Positions 1-10,876 of a DNA stretch of 64,000 nt are shown in pieces (within the stretch, counting starts at the first letter, position 1; each line of letters begins with the position of its first letter). Made by a program: the position numbers and the translations under genes. The notes beneath the pieces were generated by a model, which ran no database searches, was not told the DNA's origin, and was given only the letters and a program-made list of their open reading frames with translations. Origin of the DNA: an uncultured delta proteobacterium (GTDB lineage Bacteria; Myxococcota_A; Polyangia; Polyangiales; Polyangiaceae); assembly GCA_963841435.1 (NCBI GenBank), contig CAWJCS010000005.1, positions 1,216,001 to 1,280,000 of the forward strand, read 5' to 3'.

Positions 1-918
1 CACGAGCGCGACGGGCGCCCGCAGCACGACGTGGCCGGCAAGCAGCGGGAGGTGATCGGGACGCGGCGTGACGTGCAGCTGCGAGACGCGCGCGACGATG
101 CCGCGTGGATCGGCTTCGCCCGCGGCCTCGCAGCCGGCGCTCCGTCCCGGGGCGGGGCTGTCGTCGAGCGTCGCGAGCAGCGACAGGCGCCGCACGTCGA
201 ACCCGTCGGGGGCGATGCGGCCGCGCGCCTCGAGGCGGCAGACGAGATCGTCCTCCTGGATCTCCTGGCCCTCGGTGGGGCTGCCGGTGGTCCGGTCGAT
301 GCGGCGGCGCACGATACGGCTCTCGTCTGCCTGCAGCGAGATCTCGAACGAGGGGCCGCGATCGGCGAACACGTCGAGGTCGACGGGGCCGGTTTCCACG
401 CCCACGCCGTCGACCTCGACGCGGAAGCGCCCTTCGGTCACCGACAGTGTCGAGAACGGCGCGCGCTGCGCCGCCGGACCGGGGCGCGTCTCGGGCAGGT
501 GGTAGCGGAGGTTCTGGACCTTGCCGTCCTTCAATAAGAGGCGAGCGTGAGGGCGGCGGATCTCGATGTCCCCGAGATCGAGCCGACCCCCGAACAGGGC
601 AAAGACGCGCGGCGCGATGCTCACCGACTCGGCGGTGAGCGCGGGCGAGCCCCCGTCCGAGGCAGGAATGACCAGGTCCGAGACCTGGAGCCGGAGCGGC
701 AGGAGGCGAAGCTCGACGCGATACCGCGCCGAAAGGCCGAGCTCCTGCGCCATGATGCGCGCGGCTTCCCGCTCGGCCCAGCGCTGCAACGGGCCGCTCG
801 AGATGAGGAAGGCCGCCGCGATGGGCGCCGCCCCGACGAGAGCGAGCAGGGCGACCACGATCCGGGCGAGGGTTCGCCCCAGATCGGCCCTCCTCGGGGC
901 TCGCCGCGCTTCGCTCAT
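1..918 (-). CDS. AsmA/TamB-like membrane-anchored protein, N-terminal part (runs off the window edge)
   Basis: Not in the ORF track because it has no stop in the window. Manual translation from ATG 918: MSEARRAPRRADLGRTLARIVVALLALVGAAPIAAAFLISSGPLQRWAEREAARIMAQELG...RLDLGDIEIRRPHARL. A single N-terminal TM followed by beta-rich sequence is typical of AsmA/TamB N-termini. Confidence 0.55.
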   Translation of the reverse strand, partial: MSEARRAPRRADLGRTLARIVVALLALVGAAPIAAAFLISSGPLQRWAEREAARIMAQELGLSARYRVELRLLPLRLQVSDLVIPASDGGSPALTAESVSIAPRVFALFGGRLDLGDIEIRRPHARLLLKDGKVQNLRYHLPETRPGPAAQRAPFSTLSVTEGRFRVEVDGVGVETGPVDLDVFADRGPSFEISLQADESRIVRRRIDRTTGSPTEGQEIQEDDLVCRLEARGRIAPDGFDVRRLSLLATLDDSPAPGRSAGCEAAGEADPRGIVARVSQLHVTPRPDHLPLLAGHVVLRAPVALV

Positions 919-1002
919 CGTCGAAAGCGTAGCCCCGGACGCGAGGTCCGGCACAAATCGCGGAAATTTGCTAGGAGTCGGCTGGGTGAAGACGCCGCGC
1001 GC

Positions 1003-1422
1003 ATGAAACTCTCCCAGGGCGACAACCACCTGATCTCCGCCCGCGACGGTCTCGCAATCTGCCAGGTCTGGCTGCGTCCCGATCTGAGCGCGGACGATGG
1101 CGCCAGAAACGCCAGGCAGATGTCGGATTTTCTGACGACGAACGTGCTCCGCCCCGGCACCCTCTACCGCGGCATCATCTTCGATCTACGCCGCGGCCCG
1201 CCAGTCTTCGGTCCGAAGACGCGCGAGGCGCTCGCCGGCTTCTTCGCCGCCGCCGCGAGGAGCGGCATGGGCGTCGCCGTGCTCGTTGGCAGCGCGCCGA
1301 TCCAGGTGCTGCAGTTCAGGAACCTCTGCCGCGACTCCGCGGGCCGCGCGGACGTCTTCGACAACGAGTCCGACGCCGTGCGCTGGTTCGCCGGGCTCGA
1401 CGCCAACCGCGACCGACCGTGA
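1003..1422 (+). CDS. Hypothetical STAS/SEC14-like small protein
   Basis: ATG 1003, 139 aa; GIIFDLRRGP and VFDNESDAVRWF resemble the SpoIIAA/STAS-like fold. Its stop overlaps the next start (GTGA). Confidence 0.55.
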   Translation: MKLSQGDNHLISARDGLAICQVWLRPDLSADDGARNARQMSDFLTTNVLRPGTLYRGIIFDLRRGPPVFGPKTREALAGFFAAAARSGMGVAVLVGSAPIQVLQFRNLCRDSAGRADVFDNESDAVRWFAGLDANRDRP

Positions 1423-2570
1423 TCGATTCGAAGCTCCCCGCCGTCGGCACCACCATCTTCACGGTCATGTCGCGGCTCGCGGAGGAGCACGGCGCCGTGA
1501 ATCTCGGGCAGGGATTCCCCGATTTCGACCCACCTGCGGCGCTCTGCCGGGCGCTCGCGCATCACGTCGCCGCGGGCAGGAACCAATACGCGCCCATGGC
1601 CGGTATTCCGAGGCTCAGGGAGCAGATCGCGCTCGCCATCGAGCGCTCGTACGGCGTGGCCGTTGACCCGGAGAGCGAGATCACCGTAACGAGCGGCGCC
1701 ACGGAGGGGCTGTTCGACGCGGTCGCCGCCGTCGTGCGCCCCGGCGACGAAGTGATCGTGCTCGACCCCGCGTACGACGCCTACGAGCCCGCGGTGCTGC
1801 TGCAGGGAGGACGTGCCATCCACGTCCCGCTCAGGAGTCACGACTTCTCGGTCGACTGGCAGCGCGTGGCGGACGCGCTCACGCCGCGCACACGCCTCCT
1901 TATCCTCAATTTTCCGCACAATCCAACGGGCGCCGTGCTCGCGCCGGGCGATCTCGCGACGCTCGCCGACGTGCTCTCGGGCACGCCGACGCTCGTGCTC
2001 TCCGACGAGGTCTACGAGAGGCTCCTGTTCGACGGGCGCGAGCCGCAGAGCCTGCTCCGCAACGCGGAGCTTCGCGAGCGGAGCTTCTGTGTCGGCTCGT
2101 TCGGCAAGTGCTTTCACGCGACGGGCTGGAAGGTCGGCTGGGTCACGGCTCCCGCCGTGCTGAGCGCCGAGCTTCGCAAAGTGCACCAGTTCGTGACGTT
2201 CGCGACGTTGACGCCGGCGCAGCACGCGCTCGCCGACGTGCTCGCACAGAGCCCGGAGCACGTCGCGTCGCTCGCGGGCTTCTTTCAGAACAAGCGCGAT
2301 CGGTTTCGCGCATTGCTCGCCGACTTGCCCTTCGAGCTTCGCCCCGTTTCGGGCGCCTACTTCCAGCTCGTTGACTACTCGGCCATCTCGCGCGAGGACG
2401 ACGTGAGCTTCGCTCGGCGCCTCACCACCGAGATCGGGGTCGCCGCCATCCCGCTGTCGCCTTTCTACGAAACACCGACGGGCGAGCGCCTCGTCAGGTT
2501 CTGCTTCGCCAAAGAGGAAGCCACGCTAAAAGCCGCCGCCGAGCGGCTCGGCCGACTCCGCTCGGCGTGA
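1419..2570 (+). CDS. ybdL: Class I PLP-dependent methionine aminotransferase (YbdL-like)
   Basis: SKLPAVGTTIFTVMS, NLGQGFPDF, NFPHNPTG, SDEVYE, SFGKCFHATGWKVG, VRFCFAK. Confidence 0.88.
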   Translation: MIDSKLPAVGTTIFTVMSRLAEEHGAVNLGQGFPDFDPPAALCRALAHHVAAGRNQYAPMAGIPRLREQIALAIERSYGVAVDPESEITVTSGATEGLFDAVAAVVRPGDEVIVLDPAYDAYEPAVLLQGGRAIHVPLRSHDFSVDWQRVADALTPRTRLLILNFPHNPTGAVLAPGDLATLADVLSGTPTLVLSDEVYERLLFDGREPQSLLRNAELRERSFCVGSFGKCFHATGWKVGWVTAPAVLSAELRKVHQFVTFATLTPAQHALADVLAQSPEHVASLAGFFQNKRDRFRALLADLPFELRPVSGAYFQLVDYSAISREDDVSFARRLTTEIGVAAIPLSPFYETPTGERLVRFCFAKEEATLKAAAERLGRLRSA

Positions 2571-2698
2571 GCCGGCGCGGGCGCGGGGCTCCGGCGCCGC
2601 CCCGAACCAGCCGAAAACCACTCGAAACCACGGCCTGCGGGCGCCACACCGGCCCGGCTTCCCCCGTGGCAGACTGGTGCTAGAAGGGCCGCCCCGCG

Positions 2699-3634
2699 AT
2701 GCCCAGCCTGTCCCCCGCCACTTTTGCCCCCGAGAGGCAGCGCGCCGCCGATGCGCTCGAGCGCGCGGTGGAGTGCGCGGAGCACGCGACGAGCGCCCGC
2801 CCGGTGACGCTCGTCCGGCCGGAGGACATCACCGCGCTCGGCGCCGCCGACCTGCGCCGCTATCTCGACCGCGTGATGCTCGGCGACCACGCCGACGAAG
2901 GCCTCGACGCCCTGCTCGTGTCCGGCACCCTCGACGTGTTGCTTCCCGAGGTGAAGGCCATGGTCGGGTTCGGCGACGGCGAGTGGCGCCACAAGGACGT
3001 CTGGAAGCACACCAAGCAAGTCGTGATTCAGAGCGTGCCGCGGCTCGAGGTGCGCTGGGCAGCCCTGTTCCACGACATCGGCAAGGTGAAGACGCGCAGC
3101 ATCGCGCCCAACGGCGAGGTGCACTTCTTCGGACACGCCGAGGTCGGGGCCCGCATGTTCGACAAGCTCGAGCGGCGTGAGCACCTCTTCAACCCCGATC
3201 CGTCGCTGCGCGAAACGGTGCGCTTTCTGGTGTTGCACCATCTGCGCGCGAGCCAGTACGACGGGAAGTGGACGCCGAGCGCCGTGCGCCGCTTCACGCG
3301 CGAGATGGGGGCCCACCTCGAGGATCTGCTCTGCCTGTCGCGCGCCGACATCACCACCAAGCGCCCGGAGAAGAAGCGGCGCGGCGTGGCGCTCATCGAC
3401 GAGCTCGGCAACCGCATCGGAGAGCTCGCCGCCGAGGACGCCGTCGCACCACCCCTGCCGACGGGCGTGGGAAACGCGCTGATGGCGGCGTTCGGACTGC
3501 CGCCGTCGCGCCTCGTCGGCGACATCAAGCGTGCGCTCGAGGCCGCCATCGAGAGCGGCGAGATCGAGCCGCACCTCGAGTCCGAGGCGTACGTCGAGTT
3601 CGTGGCGCAGAACCGCGTGCGCTTCGGGCTGTGA
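2699..3634 (+). CDS. HD-domain phosphohydrolase resembling the C-terminal half of CCA-adding enzymes
   Basis: HKDVWKHT...AALFHDIGK...HFFGHAEVGA...HHLR...RADIT. No nucleotidyltransferase head motifs. Confidence 0.75.
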   Translation: MPSLSPATFAPERQRAADALERAVECAEHATSARPVTLVRPEDITALGAADLRRYLDRVMLGDHADEGLDALLVSGTLDVLLPEVKAMVGFGDGEWRHKDVWKHTKQVVIQSVPRLEVRWAALFHDIGKVKTRSIAPNGEVHFFGHAEVGARMFDKLERREHLFNPDPSLRETVRFLVLHHLRASQYDGKWTPSAVRRFTREMGAHLEDLLCLSRADITTKRPEKKRRGVALIDELGNRIGELAAEDAVAPPLPTGVGNALMAAFGLPPSRLVGDIKRALEAAIESGEIEPHLESEAYVEFVAQNRVRFGL

Positions 3635-3651
3635 GCGTTCGGCACGGCGTC

Positions 3652-5238
3652 ATGCCGAGCCGACGCACCGCCCTTTTCTTGCTCGCGAGCGCGGTGCTGC
3701 TGCTCGGTCTCGCCATCCGTCTGCCCGACGTGGGGGCAACCTGCAACGTTGACGGCATCCTGTACTGGTTCGGCCGCACCAAGCGGTTCTGGGAAGCGCT
3801 CGATAGCGGCCGCTGGGAGCGCACGTACCAGTCGCCACACCCCGGCGTCATGGTGATGTGGATCTCGGGCGCGGCGCTGCGCGTCGCCGGCGTGCTCGAG
3901 GCGCCCATCGGCCCGCTCAGCGTTACGGCGGCGACGCTCCCGCTCGCCGTGCTCGGCAGCGTCGTTCCGGCGGCGACGCTGCCGCTCGTTTATCGGCTTT
4001 CGCGAGATCCCGATGCGGCGGCACCTGGCCGCGCGCTCGATCGGGAGGCCGCCTGGCTCGCGACGCTCACCGCGGTCCTCCTCGCGACCGAGCCATTTCT
4101 CGTCGCCCACTCGCGCACCTTTCACCTCGATGCCACAGCCACGGGCTTCGTCTGGCTCGGCGCGCTGTGCGGCACGCTCGCGTTCGTGGAACGGCGCTTC
4201 GTCTGGGCGGTGGCCGCGGGCACGCTCTTCGGCCTCGCCGCACTGACGCGCCTGTTCTCCGTCGCCTTCGCGCTCGGCCTCGCGCTCGCCTGCATCGGGA
4301 CGTTCGTCGTCGAGAGGCCGCGCACGACGCGCCTCCCGCTGCTCGTCGCCACCATGGGTGCCTCGGCAATGCTCGTTTCGTGGCTGCTCTGGCCCGCGCT
4401 CTGGACGGCTCCCGTGAAGACGCTGCGGCGCGCCCTCGAAAGCGGCGCCCGCGTCGCGGGGTCGGGCCACGCCGTTCTTTCTTGGGGCAAGGTGTACGAG
4501 CGCGACCCGGGCATCGCGCACTACGCGGGCATCCTGTTGATGCGGCTCTCGCCCGAGGTGCTCGGCGCCGCGCTCTTCTCGTGGCTCGGGCTCAGGCGCG
4601 CGCGGAGCCGCACGTGGCGCACGCTCGCGGTGCTCGCTTGCACCTACGTGCCGGCCACCATGGTTCTCCTCGCGAGCCCGAAGAAGGGCGATCGCTATCT
4701 GTTGCCGCTGTTCCCCTTTTTGGCCTTCTTGGCCGCTCGGGGCGCGCTCGAGCTCACGCGGCGTCTCCGACTTCCCGAGCGCTTCGCGCGGCAACGCCCC
4801 CGTCTGCTCTGGGGCGTCCTCGCGTTGCTGCTCGCCGGGCGCTGCGCCAGGCTCGCGCGCGTCCATCCACTGCCCATCACCTGGTGCGCCTCGTACCCGG
4901 GGCTGAGCCCCGAGCGCGTCATCACGCTCGGCCAGGGCGAGGGCTTCCGCGCAGCGGCGCGCTGGATCGCCGCGCAATCGCCGCGCCGGACGCCCACGGT
5001 GCTCTCGGCCTACGCGCGCGGCGTCGTCATGACGCCATGGCTTCACTTCCGCAGGGCGCGCCGCGGCGACGACGCCGACTTCGTCGTCACCTATCTTTCC
5101 TCCGAGCAGCGCGGCCTCGACGCCGGCGTGAACCGGTTTGCGGTCGGTAAGCCTGCCCACGAGATCCGCTTCGAGGGCCGCACCTACGTGCGCATCTACC
5201 CGGGGCCGCGGCGGCGCCGAGGGCGAAGCCGCGACTAA
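3652..5238 (+). CDS. GT-C fold membrane glycosyltransferase (ArnT/PMT, GT39/GT83-like)
   Basis: Many TM segments, HPG motif, EPFLVAHSRTFHLDA, KKGDRYLLPLFP. Alternative GTG start at 3631 overlaps the upstream stop. Confidence 0.7.
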   Translation: MPSRRTALFLLASAVLLLGLAIRLPDVGATCNVDGILYWFGRTKRFWEALDSGRWERTYQSPHPGVMVMWISGAALRVAGVLEAPIGPLSVTAATLPLAVLGSVVPAATLPLVYRLSRDPDAAAPGRALDREAAWLATLTAVLLATEPFLVAHSRTFHLDATATGFVWLGALCGTLAFVERRFVWAVAAGTLFGLAALTRLFSVAFALGLALACIGTFVVERPRTTRLPLLVATMGASAMLVSWLLWPALWTAPVKTLRRALESGARVAGSGHAVLSWGKVYERDPGIAHYAGILLMRLSPEVLGAALFSWLGLRRARSRTWRTLAVLACTYVPATMVLLASPKKGDRYLLPLFPFLAFLAARGALELTRRLRLPERFARQRPRLLWGVLALLLAGRCARLARVHPLPITWCASYPGLSPERVITLGQGEGFRAAARWIAAQSPRRTPTVLSAYARGVVMTPWLHFRRARRGDDADFVVTYLSSEQRGLDAGVNRFAVGKPAHEIRFEGRTYVRIYPGPRRRRGRSRD

Positions 5239-5265
5239 CGAAGCGCGCCCGGCGCCGTGCGCGGC

Positions 5266-6723
5266 TCAGCCTCCGGGCTTACCGCGAACCAGGGCGCGCC
5301 GCACCGCGGCGAGCGGCGCCGCGTCGTCGAGGACGATGCGTCCGTTCGGTGCGCGTCGCACGCCGAGGTCGCGAAAAAGCGCGGCCGCGTCCATGGGCGC
5401 GCCTGCGCTGCGTAGCGGCGCGCGAGCGGCACGAGCTCGGGGCCACCGAGCGCGGTGTCGGCCACCTCGAGCGTACTCTCGAGGCTCCACACCTCCGAGG
5501 CGACCCCACCCTGCGCGAGCACGGCGCGCAGGCCGTCTTCGAGGCCCAGAGAGCCCTTGCTGCGAGCCCGCACTGCCACGTCGGCGCTGAGGCAGAAAAG
5601 TGCGCCCCCCCAGTAGAGCTCGCCGTAGCCGCGCGCGTGCTCGAGCCCGTGCTCGGTCATGGCGGGAAGGCCGCGTGGCATGTCGCCCAAGAAGTCGCTC
5701 CACAGCTCCCCCTCGTCGAGCCAGCCCATGCGCGCGCGGATCAGCGGCTCGAAGTAGGTCGCGAGTCCCTCGTCGAACCATTTTCCCTCGCCGAGGTAAG
5801 ACGGGGTGCCGACGTGAAAGAGCTCGTGGACGAGCACCCAGTCGTGCGGCAGCTCCGCTTCGGTCGTGTGCTCGCCGAGCAGGAGCACGATGCCCGGGCC
5901 GCTCTCGGGCAAGAGCTTTCCGAACGGCACGCCCGCCCGCCCCGGGATCGGCGCGACCACGACGAGCGTGTCGTCGTCGGGCGCGCGACCGTAAAAGTCG
6001 GCAACGCCCGTGGCAGCTCGCTCGACCCACGCGACGAGCGTCGACACCGGCAAGTCGAGCGGCCCGTCGAGCAGGGCGACGCGCACGATGCTGCCCTTGA
6101 CCTTGACGGCGTGCACCTCGCGCGGCGCGAACGCGACGTACGTTCCGACGCGAAGCTCGTGCGATTCGATGGAAAACGTCCCGTCGGGCCCGACCCTGAG
6201 CCCGGTGGCGATCGCGGCCGAAGACGGCACGAAGCTCACCTTCACGGGGTCGCCCGTACGCTGCGGCACCGGCGTGAACAAAAAGCTCGAGACTGGCGCG
6301 ATGAGTGAGCGCCCGAAGCGCGAAGCGATGTCGAGATCGTCGTAGCGCTTCGCCATGGCATCGAGATCGACCCGATACGAAACCCGTGAAACGCCCCCCG
6401 CCTCCTTTCGCGCACGAAGCGCATCGCGAGACGCACCGGTCACGAAGGCTTCGAGCTCGAGGTCATCGGGCACGACGCCCGTCACCGGTGCACCCGTGCA
6501 GCGAAGATCCACCGAGACGACCCAGGGAGCGGCCCTCGGAACGTCGATCGCCGCATCACAGACGCGCGGACCCGCGTCGGTCGTGGGGTGCGCAACGTGC
6601 GGAGCCGATTGCGGATTCTCCGGCGGCGTCGGGCGCACGGCGCCGCACCCCGGGCCCGCAGCGAGGAGGCCCGCGAGGAGGCCTGCTTGATAAACGCGAG
6701 CAGGGTGCCCCACCCATCCGTAC

Positions 6724-6725
<2 letters not shown>
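5266..6725 (-). CDS. Zn-metallopeptidase lipoprotein (HExxH + E, gluzincin/M61-like); apparent frameshift near 5410
   Basis: VLVHELFH...WFDEGLATY...LYWGGALF; lipobox-like AAGPGC. The plausible C-terminus (DAAALFRDLGV...LDDAAPLAAVRRAL, stop 5266) is in a different frame from the body. Confidence 0.7.
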
Positions 6726-7731
<1,006 letters not shown>

Positions 7732-7741
7732 GGGACGCCGT

Positions 7742-9121
7742 ATGAACTGGCAACGACCCGCCCGCACGATGGTGCTGCTGGGCTCAGTGCTCGCCACGGC
7801 GTGCGGCGGTGACTCGAAGGACGACAACGGGTCGCCGGGCGCGGCCTGCACGCCCGGCTCCAGCACGGGTTGCGAGGGCGGCACGGTGTGCGAAGCGGTC
7901 GAGGGCGGAGCGCCGGCCTGCTTCGCTCCCCTCGTGCTCCGCGGCCGCGTCTTCGACGTGACCGACGACGGCGCGATCGCGGGAGCGCTCGTGGTCGCTC
8001 GCGATGCCAACGGCGCCGCGGTCTCGGCGGTGGCGACGACGGACAACGACGGCAGCTACAGCCTGGAGGTGCCGGCAACGCGCCTTCCGAGCGGCGCCGT
8101 CGCCGAGGCGAGGGTGATACTGCGCGCGGACGCGAGCGGGTACCTCACCTTCCCGCGAGCGCCACGCGTCGCGGTGCCGATCGATCTCGAGGCGGCGACG
8201 GGGAACCCCGCGGCCGTCGCCTCGGCGCTCACCGAAATCGGGCTGATTCCGCTTTCGGACGGCAACAATCTCGGCAGCGTCTCGGGCCGCGTGCTCGCGG
8301 ATCGGCCGGGCGGCGCGCTGATCGTGGCCGGCACCCAGACGGGCGTCGCCGACCGCGACGGCGCGTACACGGTGTTCAACGTTCCCGTAGGCAGCGCGAG
8401 CGTCGAAGGCTACTTGCCGGGCGTGAACCTCGAGAGCCAAGCGGTTGACGTGAAGGCGGACCAGGCGCTCGCTGGCGTCGACCTCTCGGTGCTCAGCGCC
8501 GCGACGTCGAGGGTGAGCGGCAACGTGCAGATCGTCAACGCGCCCGGTGGCTCGACGACCAGTGTCATCCTCGTCGTCGAAAGCACCTTCGACGAAACCA
8601 TGGCGCGCGGCGAAGCGCCGCTCGGCTTGCGGGCCGCCAACGTGAGCGGCGCCTGGTCGATCCCGAACGTTCCCGCCGGGCGCTACGTCGCGCTCGCGGC
8701 CTTCGAGAACGACGGCCTCGTCCGCGACCCGGACACCAGCATCGGTGGTACCGAGATCGTCCATCTCGAGGTGACGAGCGGCAACATTTCGCTGACGCAG
8801 GGCTTCAAGGTCACGGGCGCGCTCGCGGTCGAATCGCCCGGCAGCGAGATGCCGGAAGAAGTGAGTGAGCCGTTCGACCTGTCCTGGGAGGACGACTCGA
8901 GCGAGGACGGTTACGACCTGGTCGTTTTCGACGCGCTCGGCAACGAGACCTGGCAGAAGTCGGGTATCGTCGGACCGAAGGGCAACGCCCCGGTCACGGT
9001 CGCCTACGCGGGTCCGGCGCTCGAGCCGGGCATGTACTACCAATTCCGCGCGACCTCGATCAAAGGCGGTGTCCCGATCGCCGCCACCGAAGACCTGCGC
9101 GGCGTGTTCGTCGCCCGCTGA
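7742..9121 (+). CDS. Lipoprotein with carboxypeptidase-regulatory-like beta-sandwich repeats and an FN3-like C-terminus
   Basis: Lipobox LATAC; LRGRVFD...GALV...TTDNDGSYSL; VSGRV...DRDGAYTVFNVPVG; LSWEDD...YQFR. Confidence 0.65.
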   Translation: MNWQRPARTMVLLGSVLATACGGDSKDDNGSPGAACTPGSSTGCEGGTVCEAVEGGAPACFAPLVLRGRVFDVTDDGAIAGALVVARDANGAAVSAVATTDNDGSYSLEVPATRLPSGAVAEARVILRADASGYLTFPRAPRVAVPIDLEAATGNPAAVASALTEIGLIPLSDGNNLGSVSGRVLADRPGGALIVAGTQTGVADRDGAYTVFNVPVGSASVEGYLPGVNLESQAVDVKADQALAGVDLSVLSAATSRVSGNVQIVNAPGGSTTSVILVVESTFDETMARGEAPLGLRAANVSGAWSIPNVPAGRYVALAAFENDGLVRDPDTSIGGTEIVHLEVTSGNISLTQGFKVTGALAVESPGSEMPEEVSEPFDLSWEDDSSEDGYDLVVFDALGNETWQKSGIVGPKGNAPVTVAYAGPALEPGMYYQFRATSIKGGVPIAATEDLRGVFVAR

Positions 9122-9210
9122 GCGTCTCGCCGCCGTGAGCGCCGCGGTCAGCGGGCCGGAGCGCGGTGGATGGCGTCGGTGGTGCTCTGGTAGTCTCCGG
9201 GGCGCCGTCG

Positions 9211-10245
9211 ATGAAAGCGTGGGCCGTGCCCCTGTCGTTGATGTTCGGCACCGCTACGCTCGGAGCGCGCGCCGAGCCGGCGCACGCTCTCGCGACCCTG
9301 GCTCTTGCGCGAAGCGGCGGCGCCGAGTCGTGCATCGCACCCAAAGCACTGATGAGGGCGGTCGAACGACGACTCGGGCGCCGAGTGTTCGTGAGCGATG
9401 CCGCCGATCTTCGCCTTTCGATCCAGCTCGACGCCACACCCGGACCCGCGTGGCGCGCACGGCTGACGCTCCACGACGGCATCGGTCGAGAGCTCGGCCG
9501 CCGTGAACTCGTCACCGAGGCGCCCGATTGCTCGGCGCTCGACGCGTCGCTCGCGCTCGTCGTCGCACTGCTGCTCGATGCGCCGCCCGAACCGCCGCCT
9601 GCGCCGACACCCGCGACCGAGACCGCGGCGCCACCACCGCCCGCGGCGCCTCCCGTCGCGGCGAGCCTCCCGCCGACCGCGATCAGACTACCGAAGGACA
9701 CCGACGCGCCGCGCACGCCGTGGCGCATCGGGCTCGCGCTTTCGGGGGCGCTCGCGATCGGCTCGTTGCCGGGCGTTGCACCCGGCGGAGCCGTCAGCCT
9801 CGAGCTCGGGCCGCCACGCTTCGCCACCATCCTGGTTTTCGCAGAGCTGTTCCCACCACGCGCGTCGTACGTCGAGTCGACGACGAATCGCGGCGTGCGC
9901 GTCTCGCTGCAGCGAGCCGGGATCCTCGTTTGCCCGCTCGAACACGCCGCCGCGCGCGTGCGCGTCGCGGCCTGCGCCGGCGAGCTCGCCGGGCGCAGCG
10001 CAGCCGAGGCGTTCGGCTTCGACGAGAACGAGCGAGTCAGCGGCTTCTGGTTCTCGCTCCAGGCGGGCGCCGTGGCCTCGCTTCGGCTCGTGGGGCCGTT
10101 GGCGCTGCGAGCGGCGGCGCTCGCTGAAGCCGCGATCACCCGGAACGGATATGTCGCGCAGCAGTCGAACGGCGCCAAAATCGGCCTGTTTCGCGCGGCC
10201 CCCATCGCCTTCGACGCACAAATCGGCGTGGGAGTGGAGCTTTGA
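9211..10245 (+). CDS. Exported protein: Cys-containing N-domain, Pro-rich linker, probable OM beta-barrel (ECF module 1)
   Basis: Signal peptide, ESCIAP...APDCSALDASLALVVALLLD, Pro-rich linker, alternating beta strands ending AQIGVGVEL. Start may be 9166. Homologous layout to 57009..58235. Confidence 0.65.
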   Translation: MKAWAVPLSLMFGTATLGARAEPAHALATLALARSGGAESCIAPKALMRAVERRLGRRVFVSDAADLRLSIQLDATPGPAWRARLTLHDGIGRELGRRELVTEAPDCSALDASLALVVALLLDAPPEPPPAPTPATETAAPPPPAAPPVAASLPPTAIRLPKDTDAPRTPWRIGLALSGALAIGSLPGVAPGGAVSLELGPPRFATILVFAELFPPRASYVESTTNRGVRVSLQRAGILVCPLEHAAARVRVAACAGELAGRSAAEAFGFDENERVSGFWFSLQAGAVASLRLVGPLALRAAALAEAAITRNGYVAQQSNGAKIGLFRAAPIAFDAQIGVGVEL

Positions 10246-10351
10246 GGCCAGCCGGGGGCGCGACGGCTAATAAGGGTGGCGGTATGCCCCCACTGACGAG
10301 CGTTGAGGCACGGCATGCGTTCCCTACCGAAAGCCCCCCCGAGCGCCCCGC

Positions 10352-10876
10352 ATGACGGCCGAGGGCTCGGGCCTAAGCTTGCGAGAGGTGTTCGATGAGC
10401 ACGCGGCCTACGTCTACCGCGCGCTCCGTCATCTCGGCGCGCCGGAATCCGAGATCGACGACCTCTGCCAGGAGGTCTTCGTCGTCGTGCACCGGCGGCT
10501 CGGATCATTCGAGGGACGCTCGAGCCTTCGGACCTGGCTGTACGGGATCTGCATGCGGCTCGCGTCGGACCATCGACGGCGGGCGCGCGTGCGTTACGAG
10601 CGTGCGGTGGCGGACCCCGGACGCGACCTTGCGGAGCCGAGTAGCTTCGCGCCGGACCGTCGCACCGAGGCGCGGACGCAGCTTCTCCAGCTTCTCGACT
10701 CGCTCGACGACGACAAGCGTGACGTCATCGTGCTCTACGAAATCGAGGGTCTGTCGATGAGCGAGGTGGCCGCCGCGCTCGGCTGTCCCCTGCAGACGGC
10801 GTACTCGCGGCTGCACGCAGCGCGCGCGAAGCTCATCGCGTCCGCGAAACGCCGCGACGGGGAGGAAGACACGTGA
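10352..10876 (+). CDS. ECF RNA polymerase sigma factor
   Basis: DDLCQEVFVVV...FEGRSSLRTWLYGI (region 2); LYEIEGLSMSEVAAALGCPLQTAYSRLHAAR (region 4). Confidence 0.92.
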   Translation: MTAEGSGLSLREVFDEHAAYVYRALRHLGAPESEIDDLCQEVFVVVHRRLGSFEGRSSLRTWLYGICMRLASDHRRRARVRYERAVADPGRDLAEPSSFAPDRRTEARTQLLQLLDSLDDDKRDVIVLYEIEGLSMSEVAAALGCPLQTAYSRLHAARAKLIASAKRRDGEEDT

